In this document: piece by piece, positions 51,501 through 62,620 of the stretch
Layout of the letters: the number at the start of each line of letters is the position of its first letter
Numbering within the stretch: the first letter of the stretch is position 1
NCBI GenBank assembly: GCA_965202585.1
Contig: OZ241827.1
Coordinates: forward strand, 66,464,001-66,528,000
From: Thalia democratica
Taxonomy: Eukaryota
Length of the DNA: 64,000 nt
Reading direction: 5' to 3'
Translations under genes and position numbers: made by a program
The notes under the pieces: model-generated
What the model was told of the DNA's origin: nothing
Databases searched by the model: none
Seen by the model: only the letters and a program-made list of their open reading frames with translations

Positions 51501-53568
51501 TAAAACTTTTGAAAAAACTTTTATTTGATAGATTTCTATTTAAAAAATATTAATTTAAAAGCTCTACATATATAATATAACATTATAATATAACATCTAT
51601 AATATAACATTAATTTCAAAGTTTTTTTGTGTTTAAAAACAAAACTAAATAAAAAATAAATATTATAGAACACTCTTAATTCTTTTTTTACAGTATTTCT
51701 ATGGAACCTTTTATCAACTTTAAAGTCTGGTAAGTTCAACACTTTTTTTTTACAAAGTTTAACATTGGCTCTTGTTATATAAAGCTTAGAGTAAATACTA
51801 TAAAATACTTATAATAGATAATAAATTCAATTATTTTTTGAGATATAATCAGTTTTGTAAAAATTACTAAATACAACCATATAGAAATAAAAAGTTTCCA
51901 AGGCCTATCTTGATATATAAAAAAATCACTAAACATATATCTCCTTCATTTTTAAAGCAATTTAATTCAAATTTTTAGAAAAGGTGCTGTTCAATATAAC
52001 AAAAAACATGTAAAAAGCATATTTTGAAAATAAAATACTATGACCAAAATTAAGAAAAAAAAAAGATTATTTCTTTTATCAAATTTTATTTTTACAAAAA
52101 CTTGAAAATTTGTTTTACAAGTTGTTTAAAGTTTATTCAATATAACTTTTATAAATCTTTAAAACATTTGCTCCAAAACTGAAGGAGGATATATATTTTT
52201 AGTGAAATATTACATTTTTGCTCTTTTAGTTTGTGCCTCCCATAAAGAACCTATTGAACACTCAAACTTTGACTACTTATATCTCAAAAGCCACTTTACT
52301 ACTTATATCTGTTTAAATAAGTGGTAAAAATAAACAAGCGGGTCAATTAATTCATGTAAAAAATAAGACTAAATTTAAAAAAGTGTTATATCCCCTATGC
52401 CCAAAACTAATTTCTTTAAAAGCATTAAAGTTGTCTCCAAATCTATTGAACAAAAGTTTAAAAAAAGTTAAATGCTAACATAAAGTATCAAAAGTATAAA
52501 CTTATACCTAAAAATATTAAAAAAGGTTTACCATAATTATAAATATACCAAGTATCCTTAGAAATATATTTAAATTATTGTAACTCAATGTTTTTAAGTT
52601 ATTTCACAATGTATCAACATTCACTTTATTCAGTCTGTAGTCTTCAACATATGCTTTTTTTTATCAAACAGCAACAAAGCACTAACGAAAATAACACTCC
52701 AATATTCCTTCCAATTAAGATCACCCATTCTGACCCAGGGAAACTTGAATGTGCATGCAGGAAAACCTGGTTCCTTGACTTGTTCTAATCCGGGGATATC
52801 CCCTTTTTTGAGATGGTGGATAATCCATGTCCGGAGTGGGGCATTTGCCATCATTAGTTCTTCTGTGACAGCTACAATTTGTAAAAATAAATAGTTTTGA
52901 AAGCTTTAAAAATACCAGTGGAAACAACAAGAAAACTAAGCGCTTTACCATCAATGTTTTAATTTACTTGCAAACCATTTGGTTTTAGTATTATTTAAAG
53001 TAGGGTTTCCCAAATTCATTTTAATAAATCCCACTTGAAAAATATTTAAAAATAAATGCCCTATTTCTCTACTAGTTAATTACCCATTAGAATTTATGGA
53101 TCTAGTTATTTCCCCTAAAAGGTTATATGAAAACTAAGGTTTAAAGGTTTCTCAGAAACTTCTTGTAGTTTCTTTTAGTTCTGAGAGTTCATATAAAACA
53201 ATTTCAAAGCTAGTTTTAAGAAAGTTTTTACTATTCTTGTAATTAGCTTTCAAAGCATATGTGTTAAATAATGACATTATTAACGTTCAAAAGAATTTTT
53301 AAAAATTAATCTTTTATAAGTTGTGCAGGTTAGTGTTTAATGATCATAAAGAAAAAATATCTATCAAATCTTATCATTTACTTTAAATGTTAAAACTATA
53401 CAAAATACTTATATTATTACAAAAAGTAATATAAATACATTATAAATAAAAAGTTTTTATTATTTTTAACATTGAGACAAATGTGTATGTTCCATACAGT
53501 AAGTGTATTTACACAAATTTTTTAAATTAAAGCATAAAACAACCTGTAGCTAAAAAAGAATTATCCAT
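42558..53568 (-). CDS. IRF: Interferon regulatory factor-like protein A (DBD + IAD), 529 aa, 13 coding exons: 53544-53568, 52687-52871, 51246-51465, 50763-50858, 50333-50421, 49648-49708, 47721-47749, 47101-47140, 46336-46398, 45145-45324, 44138-44329, 43263-43518, 42558-42711
   Basis: All junctions are GT-AG with matching phases and sum to 1590 nt (530 codons including TAA). DBD motifs: LRTWII...GDIPGL...FKFPW and FRNAMDKSNDF (compare IRF4 LRCALNKSNDF). IAD motifs: GGIILKY...FRLCQCRVF (compare IRF6 RLCQCKVY) and FRFG...VVVRVIP. The small linker exons are less certain than the domain exons. No vertebrate ortholog is assignable. Confidence 0.88.
44778..45116. mobile_element. MITE family 1 in IRF-A intron 10, ending about 28 bp from the donor
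   Basis: CAGGGTTTT ... TTGGCAACCCTG with the family's internal sequence. Confidence 0.75.
45470..46085. repeat. ~350-bp period direct duplication in IRF-A intron 9
   Basis: TTTGCACACGAA...ATGTGCATG...CTGAGTTTTAG...AACTATGTAAGATATGTTTG occurs near 45485 and 45820. Confidence 0.75.
48816..49416. mobile_element. MITE family 1, long subfamily, in IRF-A intron 6
   Basis: AAGGGTTGCTAC ... GTGGCAACTCTG with an exact 6-bp TSD TATTAC. Confidence 0.8.
49972..50180. repeat. Near-perfect inverted repeat, 99-bp arms and 11-nt spacer, in IRF-A intron 5
   Basis: Arms 49972-50070 and 50082-50180 with one mismatch seen; loop TCTAATTGCCT. Confidence 0.95.
51899..52402. mobile_element. Degenerate Kolobok-like MITE in IRF-A intron 2
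   Basis: CTCCTTCATTTT, TTTAGTTTGTGCCTCCCATAAAGAACCTATTG and CCCCTATGCCC motifs of family 2. Confidence 0.55.
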
Positions 53569-55034
53569 TTTTGAATAATTTAATCCTGTAAAACGTTATA
53601 AATATTAATATCAAATTATGTTAAAAAAACTTTAAAATTTAATGTCCTGAAACTGATTGCTTAATAAGATTTAATTAGTTTGTAATTACTATGACATGCT
53701 TTTTATTACTAAATAAAATTTTGAAATAAAAAAATTTTACATTTTAAGTCAGTTAAACTTATAAATTTATTGAAGAACTTCTTTTAATAAGCTGATTTAT
53801 ATTTATGATTTAGTCTATTAACATAAAAAATTCAAGATACTTACATACTTGTGCAAATGATAAAAACCTACTAAAACAGATGAAAATTAAAAGCATAGAA
53901 AGTTGTAAAATATTTATATACTAATATAATATGACAATATACTTCTTTGATATAGTCTATATTTTCTACTTGGTACTTTAAATTTATGTTTTAAAAACTG
54001 AGAACTAATTACTTTTTTTTTAAATATAAGTAAAATTCACTTTTTGAAGGTACTTGAAACTATTTTAATACATATCAGTTATAATTTTTTTAAGACTTCT
54101 GTAGAAAAATAAAATTAATTAATTGTCTTAGTTACAAAAAATTCAGAAAATATCTAATAAAGTTTTAAACAAAAAACTATAAAAGTAGAGATAAAATTAA
54201 AATAGTATTAGTGTTCAAATATTATTGTAATCAAAGTTAGTTAGTTTAATATTTTAACTGTAGTTTAGAAAACAACAATAATCTTGATCTGGAACAAATG
54301 TGCCATAGTTTAAGTTTTGTTATAAATCTAGAAACTGTTATGCTTAAAATTTAAATAAACATATTTCTTGCCATTAAAAACAAAATACAAAAAGGAAAAG
54401 TTTTTGAACAGATAGACTAAACTTAATAAAGCCTCACATAAAATTTCTGTTTTAAAAACTAACTTACAGCCACAAAACTGGTGCAAAATTATATCTTTGA
54501 TCTAAACATATAAGTTAACAATTTCAGTTCAATCAAAAAAACTTCAGAATTTAACATTTTAACAACATAAAACATAGTTAAGTGACAGTTTTTTTTAAGT
54601 AATTGCTTTATGTTAAATATTACAACTAAGCATAAGTACGAAAAAAAAAAAAAGAAACTCAAATACTATTTACACATTTAAAACTTTATAATTAAGACTT
54701 GCTTTGACCTATTACTTATCTATCTTGTCTTTTTGTTGTTTGTTTCAATTAGAAGTAACTTTGTTCAAACTTAGAAACTAAAAATACATTATCAGAGTCG
54801 CCACTAGCAAAATAAAATCTTGAGTGACTACCAGGATGGCCACTAACATTTTAGAAATTTTTTTTGTGTTTTCATGTTTACTTCCAAGATTTTTAAAGTA
54901 GAAGTTTTGAGTTTTAAGTATAAAATAAATTTTAAGGTGATAAGTTTTTCAAGAATTTTTAACCAAACTCCATTTTTTTCTATTTTATCAAATTCCAGCT
55001 AAAATGGATACTTTTTCAAACTAGTTTGATTTAA

Positions 55035-55742
55035 GGCCTAAAGGCGGGGGGGGGGGGGGGGGGGGGGGTCCAACACTTTTTTTTACAAAAACTAAGTTTG
55101 ATTTTTATATGAAAGCTTTAAGTACAAACTACAATCCTGTTTTTATAGAATTAAAAAATAGCATTTAACTTTTAAGATATTTTATTTTTTTCTAAAGTTT
55201 CTGATACAAACGTATGGACCACACATTTTATGGAGTCAATTTTCTTGGAAATTTTAAAAATCACTAAAATCTGATCTCCTCCTTCTTTTTACAAGCAATC
55301 TTCTTCAAATTTTTGTAAAATGTTCCTTATATTAAAAGAAAAAAACATTACTTATGAATTTTAATCGTTTAATTGAAATAAAAATTTTATAACAAAAATT
55401 AAAAAAAAATATTTTTTTTTCAGAATAAATGTATTTTTACTTAAAATTTTTTTTAAGTCCAAAGTAACGTTTTTTGTTATTGTATAGGGGTTAGACTGTG
55501 AAAGTTTGAAGAAGATAGATTGAAAAATGTAGGAAAAGACAAATTTTAATTAAAATAGTCTTTTCTTGCTCTTTTAGTTTTCCCTTCCCATAGGGAACCT
55601 ATTGTGCAGCTCGAATTTGACTGGTTATATCTCAAAAAATAATTTGAATTTTCAAAAACAAAAAAAAAGCATCTTGAAGCTTAGAAAAAAACTCATTAAA
55701 TAAGATCAACTTGTAAAAAACATGGCCTACCCCCCTATGGCT
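55035..55742. mobile_element. Kolobok-like MITE with a G23 run
   Basis: TTAA|GGCC...G-run at 55046-55068 ... CCCCCTATGGCT|TTAA; internal homology to the other copies. Confidence 0.85.
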
Positions 55743-58700
55743 TTAATAAGTTGTAAAATGTTGAAAAACTAAATATTGAAGGTGTTAAGGTGGATGCTTG
55801 ATAATGAGCTACAACATTGTTAAAAAACCTTGACAAGTGAGTTTTAATTAACTACAATATATAACAAAAATTAAGTCCAAGTTTTATTTAAACTTAAGTT
55901 GAAGTTATCATGAGTAAGTGGAAACTTCGTACAAAAGAAATTTTAAAAGAGATAAATTACATTAGAAACAAAATATTTTCAAAACATATAATAAATCATA
56001 GTCCTTAATGTTTTTTATACTAACATAAAATTAAAATTTTATAGTTGTTGACCTTTTTATGCTTCTTTTAAGAGGATAATTCTGTTTGAAAACCAGAAGT
56101 CTATTTTTAAAAAAATTATTGCAACTATTATAATAAAAATTTGTAAGCATACAACAGAATTGCTGAATGTTTTTTAAAATATTTTTATTAGATATTTCTT
56201 CCAGGTTTTTGAGAATAATTTATTTTTAACTCTATTTATAGTATAAATTAAATATAAAGTCTTAAATGGTATAAAAATATTGAAAAAATCAATAATCCTA
56301 CTTAAAATGTGTCTTATAAAAAAACTAAACAATACAATAAATTTTTATTGTATGTGATAGATTTTTGATATCTAGTCTAAACTTCATTATTATACATGTA
56401 ACAATAGATAGAATTTCAAGTTTTAGTATTAGTTTTTGTTCCTAGTTTTTTTTTTCCAAAATTTTGCAAATTCAAGGTTATTTGGCTTAAGCTTTAAAAT
56501 TCAAGATACTCCTAGTTTTTTTAGTAACTCTCATATTACTAATACTAAAGACAAATGTCTTAACCTTAATAAAATTTTGGCTCCGTTTAACAAACATGAC
56601 CTCATTCATAACAAAGTTTTAACTTTAAAAAAAAACATATAATATTTTTCTTGAGCAACTTGAAAGTTCAATCATAACTGCACTTTTACTTGCATCCAAT
56701 AACAATTATATTTAAGTGGTAAACTTACAAGTTACATTTAATATTAACAATTTAAAGAGTTAAAATCCTAAAATAAATAAAATTTCTATAAAAAAATTAT
56801 TGGATATTACTTGATTGTTTTGAGATAAGAATATACAGTCGCAAAAAAAAATTTAAATATTTTATAAGAATTACTTTGAAATGTGTTTTTTATTTAATTT
56901 TGTAACAAATTGAAACCTTTGAAAACATTGTTATTTCATTACACTTATACTTTAAAAGAATTATTTTAAGTTTTTGAAGTATGACTTTTCAAACTTTTTC
57001 TAAGAATCTGGTCAACAAATGTTTTTTTACATAGATACCTAATACTTGGTTTAAAAAAAGCGCTTCAGAGAGTTTTTCTAATAAACTTGGCCCACCAGCT
57101 AAAAAGTTACCAAATCTTACAGCGTACAACAACAAGCCTTTGAAACTAGTTAGTAATTAGTTTTTTTGATAACAGCAAAACTATATGAATTCTTACCTTA
57201 AATAGTTGAAAACTTAGGTTGTGCTTGAATTTAAAGAAAAACTCATTGGGACAAAATCATTTATAAAATCAGGAAAGTCCTAAAGTTAAGTATTTTTTAA
57301 GGATATATAATCTGCCTAAAATTAATGTTAGTAAAGTTTTTAATGAACCAACTTTTGTTAAGTATCACTAAAAGATATTTAATATAAAAATGGTTACAAA
57401 ATATATAGTATTGGGATGCTGATATAGACTTAATTACTTATACAGTCAAAGTTGACTAAAAAAATTTTTTGTTTTTTGCTTGCAAAAAACTTATCACTGA
57501 GTTACTGTAGATTATTAAACCTTATAAATTTAAACCTGTTTTTTTAAGGTAGAAAAAATCAGAAGAACTCACTCTCCCCTCTGCAACAATAAACGTTTTC
57601 TGAAGGTCAAGTGAGTGAGTTTGGGCTCATTAGTGTTATTCCACCTGCCCTATTATTAAATAAAATAAGAAAAAATTTACCGTTCAATTAAAAAGTAAAC
57701 TAAATCTGCCTATAAACTAAAAATATTTTTTAACTATCTGAACACTAACCATTTAACACTAATTGACCATTATTATTTTTTAAATTTTATGATGTTTGAA
57801 AATTGCATTGAAACTAACAGTTTTTTAAAAATATTAAACTAAGCTTGTGGTCATAAATTAGTTTAAAACTTGTTTTTGCATTCTTCATTGCAGATACTTT
57901 TACTTTTACATTTACATTGTAGTAAGGAGAATGTGAATGTAAAAGTAAAAGAGGTGGTTATAGTAGGGGATTTTTGATAAAAGTTTTTTGTAAATTTCAA
58001 ATTCAATTCAAGGGTGACAGCCAAGCCTTATATAAGGTTAATATTTTTTTTGTTGTCAAATGTCACTTCTTTAATAAAACACTAACAAAATCTGTTTCCA
58101 GAAACACTTTTCTATAAATCTAGATCTGAAAATATTAATAATCAAAAACTAAAAGTTAAACTGCATTCTTTAAAAAATTACGTTTTTAAATCAAAAGAAT
58201 TATTGAAAAGTACTAAATTTACTAAATTTATAAGTTATCATTGTTTTATTTGTACTAAAATACTTAATATTTCGTTTAACTAGAAGATAAAGTTACAAAG
58301 ACCTATGTCCTATTCACGTAACATAAAATATAGATATGTAAAAAAGTTTTTACATGCATTTTAATATGTTTATGAAGTTTAAAAAATCAAAATAAAAAGT
58401 AAAACTTGTTTGATAATATAATTTGCTTGATAACAATTATTGAGTTCAAACTTATTACCCTGAAACGTGGTTTTTAAAACTTATTGACAAATAGTCTTTT
58501 TTAAAGATTATTAAATTTGCCATTCTGATAATGTACAAATTATTTTTTTAATGGTTTTTGTAATAGGTAAAATCTTTGACTACAAGTGGGCAACGTTAAA
58601 GCTGAAATTCAAATCATTCCAACATAAATATGTTGGTCGCAACGTATTTTTTAGGTTAAAAACGATTTATCAGAATTAATAACAAATAGGTTCAAATGTT

Positions 58701-60526
58701 CACCTAATACGATTTTTAGTATACAAAAAATAGTTATTAAATGAATGTTCCTAAACATTTCTTTTGTTATACGTTGCTTTAGCTTTGTATATATATTATT
58801 TTGAAATTACAGGACCCACTAAAACTTTTTTTAAACATATCTACCTGAACATTTTTTTTAAATTTAAAATTGCCCACATCTGAATTAAACAAAGAGGTTC
58901 AGTATATTATTACAAGGAAATAAAGAGACTCTTAATAAAGAGTAGGCGATGTAAAACAATTTTGAAAATCTTCAAAAAATCTACTACTTAAAAAAAGGAT
59001 AAAAAAATTAAAAAGAGAAATCAATCCTACTTTAAACTTTTAACGACTAATTAGTTTTTAACTACTCTTATTTTAGAATTGGGCTGCTAATTAAGCAGTG
59101 CTTAATTATCATCTGTGCATATCCAGCCAAAAAAGTAATAAATATCTTTATGTGGTTAGATGAACTACACTAGATTAAAGACCCTTTTTTTAACTATTTT
59201 TAGTTTGAAGTAATTAAGTGTGGTTAGAAAAAAATTACACCACTATGTTTAAATTATTATAAATAGATTACAATTAAAATAAAATTTACATCGGTTTTTA
59301 AATTTAATTAGTTCGAACATCTTTTAGCAAACTAAAAACAATTTTAAAGTATTAAGAAAAAACATATAATAAAAAATAAATTTTAAATTATCGTTATTTA
59401 AAGTTTAAATTAGTGATTAAAACAATACTATGTTTTCGTGTTTTTTATAAAAAAAAATACAGTACTTTATAACGAATGAAAGTTAAACTACGAGATAAAA
59501 TGTTTTTAATTAATTTTCAAGCATTATTTTTTTTATAATCATACAATTTTATCTACATAAATAACATCTGTTTTCAAATCTTTTAGTTTAGTCATTTGTT
59601 TTGTTACAACAGTCAGTTCTAGTTAATAAATTTAAAGATGTAAAATTCATTTTATCGACCTTGGCTGTGATTATCGACTCGATTACTTTTATAGCAAATT
59701 TTTAACAAAAGTATTCTTTTAGTATCTCTAGTTATAGGGTTATATGCTTGTTGTAAGAATAGACAGTTTTGAAAAAGCTAAAACTTTTTCATTAATAGTC
59801 TACATACAATTGTATTTTTTTGGGAAATTCCCTACTACAAACTACATGCTTTTTCTTTTACTAAAATCTAACTTTTGTTTGTATTTCTATACCTGCCTCT
59901 ATTTTTAAACACCATTCTTAAAGTTAATTTTTTGCAACAACATTTTTTGGACTCAATGTTTTCTGTACTGTTTGAAATTATAAAGAATGTTCAATTAAAA
60001 ATGTCACTTGTAAAGTTAAAAAGAATAAAAATTCACTGTGTTTTGTCACAATGAATATGATTTGCCAAAACTATGTAATTGTTCTTATTAAATATCAATA
60101 TAGTTTTTTGTATTATCTATCAACTCAGCCTTTAAATATAACTACTTTTGATAAAAAAAAATTTTATTTTGAAAAAACAAAAGTTATTTTCATTTACTGA
60201 GCTAAAGTATGTGTTATGTTTTATTATGGACTAAAGTTAACTTAAGAACTACACACATGGTAATCATCATGGATGAAGTTTGATAACATGATGGGAGCAG
60301 AGAAACTTTAAATGTTATTTTTAGATTGGAAAAGTAGCAAAAGGGTCTAAATGCGTATAAGTATTAGTATAACAGTATGTATACTAACATATGTTTAAGG
60401 TAGTTAAAACTCATTTGCACCTCTACTGCCCCCTAGTTATTATCACCACAGAAAACTCATAAACATTTACTTTTAAAAATGAAATCTGCAAATGATTAAA
60501 AATCAAAAAACTAATTAACTTTCATT

Positions 60527-60935
60527 GGTTATCGTTAACTTTAGATGAGCACCAATATCAAGCTGAAGTTATAATACATTTGATGTCTTATTTAATCTTA
60601 ATTTTAGGCTAAAAAATTATCTTTTATAAATACATAAATAAAATTAAACTTATATATGATAAATAATAAACTTATATACTTGTATACTATTGCTTTTAAT
60701 TTACAATTTATAAGTGATTACACCAATACAATAATTTATATTGATTATGATATTGTAAAAAAAAATTGATTAAATATTTTAGTTTATAATATATTAATTT
60801 AGTTCTTTCTATGTATTTATATAGCTTGTTTAAAACAAAGTATTGTTTTTTTAGCCTAAAATTATGGTTAAAAAGACATCAAATGTATTATATTTTCAGC
60901 TTGATATTGGTGCTCACCTAAAGTTAACCATAACC
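60527..60935. mobile_element. Long-TIR MITE with 8-bp TSD (Merlin- or MULE-like)
   Basis: About 85-bp imperfect TIRs GGTTATCGTTAACTTTAGATGAGCACCAATATCAAGCTGAA... and its reverse complement; exact TSD CTTTCATT at 60519-60526 and 60936-60943. Confidence 0.85.
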
Positions 60936-60997
60936 CTTTCATTATGATAGTAACATTTTCTCTGGAAAAAATCAGACAAAGCTGTCTAACATAAACA

Positions 60998-61529
60998 GGA
61001 ACGGGTCAAATATGCACAAAGGTACATTTTTGCACAAAGACTTTTTTTCACAAAAACACTTTTGCATAAGGGGTCACTTTTGTACGAAGGGTCATTTTTG
61101 CATGAGAGTAAAAAAAAATAATAAAAAAAAAAAAACAGAAATATAAAACTTACCCACCAAGGGTAAGGGTTAGGTGTAAAAGTTATAGTAAAATGGTTAA
61201 AAAACTATGAAAAAAAGAATTAAAAAAAAAACTAAAAAAAGAAACAAAAAAAACTTTGCCAACCAAGGGTAAGAAAGAAAAAAATCTATAAAAAAATTTA
61301 TTAAAATAAAAAGAAGGAGAACTAAAACCATAAAAACAAATAAAAAAGCAAAAAAAAATAAAAAAAATACCGACAAAAAGTAAGGGTTAGGGGTAATAGT
61401 AATAGTGAAAAAAATAAATTGAATTAAAAAAAATAATTAAACTTTTTTACCCTGTTCATTCAAAAGTGTCTTTGTGCATATTTGATCCTGCCTGCAAAAG
61501 TGTCCCTTTGTGCATATTAGACTCCTACC
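60998..61529. mobile_element. MITE with subterminal tandem repeats (TTTTGCACAAAG) and internal AGGGTAAGGGTTAGG motifs
   Basis: TIR-like GGGTCAAATATGCACAAAGG / CCTTTGTGCATATTAGACTCC; the boundaries are approximate. Confidence 0.7.
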
Positions 61530-61732
61530 CAACATTTCCCAATCTTTTTTCTAAAATAGGTAGTATGAGTTTCAAAACTATCATTAATAAAGCTTAAGAT
61601 TTTTTTGTTTGATCTCTATCCTCAACTCCAGAATATCTAGTGTAAGTTTCAAATTATGACCTCATGCCCCCTTTGCCCCTTTACTGCTTATGGTCCCCAA
61701 GGGGGCCACTTGGCCCAGTTTGGAAAACTGTG
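61530..61732. mobile_element. hAT-like MITE family 3
   Basis: Reverse-orientation homolog of 7207-7421 (CCCCAAGGGGGCCACTTG, CTCCAGAATATCTAGTGT). Confidence 0.75.
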
Positions 61733-62620
61733 GTCTAAAATTTACCTTAATACTTTTTATTTTTTTACTGAAAATTTTAGAAATTAGAATGGATAAAAAA
61801 CTATTTTTTGAATATTAAGTTCAAACTGTGATAGATTAAAAAAAAATTGTTTTAACTTTAAAAAACAAATTGGTTAATAACTGTACATTTAACGACATTT
61901 CTTCATTGTAAAACTTAACCAGTTTTAATGAACAACTATTTGTATTAGAGTGTTTTGAGTAACAGTTTATAATTTTAAAAAGCAAATGTAGCAGTTAAGG
62001 TAAATTTCAAACTGTTGTAAAATGGCCTAAATATGTACACATTCTACTATTGGCTTCTACTGAATTTCGTTAAAACATCTTTGATAAAACAGACATACCA
62101 CTTTTACTTTTAAAAGTTTTATTAAACTTCTGTCTTATTCTCCTAAACTGTTAAAGAGCTGATTTAGGACATGAAGGAATACATCACTTTGTTTTGAAAC
62201 TAGTTTTCTGGATTTGAAAAATATAATTGATTTAAGTTGAAGAGCTCTTATAAGTTCCACATTGTAGGCACAAAGAAACATTTTACTTGAAAATTTTGTT
62301 CTCATACAATTTTATAAGCAACTTACTATGAAAGTTTTGTTTCCTTTCATTTGCTTTGGAAACTATATACAAATTTGATTCTATCTTTAAAATATAATAA
62401 ATTTTTAAAATAAATAAGTAAAAAATATCTTTAAATATATTTAAAGCTTACAATATTCAGTTCTATACTGTTATATCTTTAAGCAAACTTAAAAATAACT
62501 TTTTAAGTTATGTATAATTGTAAACATTTAAATTTTTTTAGTAGATAATACACATTCATAAAATATATTGGAAGGTCTAATGCACAGCAGAAAAGTCTTA
62601 TAACTTTAGCTAAAGAATTC

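Noticed and set aside
53090-53121. ATG GAT CTA... resembling an IRF first exon on +
   Set aside because: It lies antisense inside IRF-A intron 1, has the wrong phase, and has no downstream DBD exon 2.
57197-57279. PMSFSLN similarity to IRF-A exon 10 (PMSFRLN)
   Set aside because: The frame stops within the exon and it is on the opposite strand from the other relic candidates; treated as chance or UTR.
61130-61400. Interstitial telomere
   Set aside because: Only isolated AGGGT(A/T)AGGG motifs inside a MITE, not a tandem TTAGGG tract.
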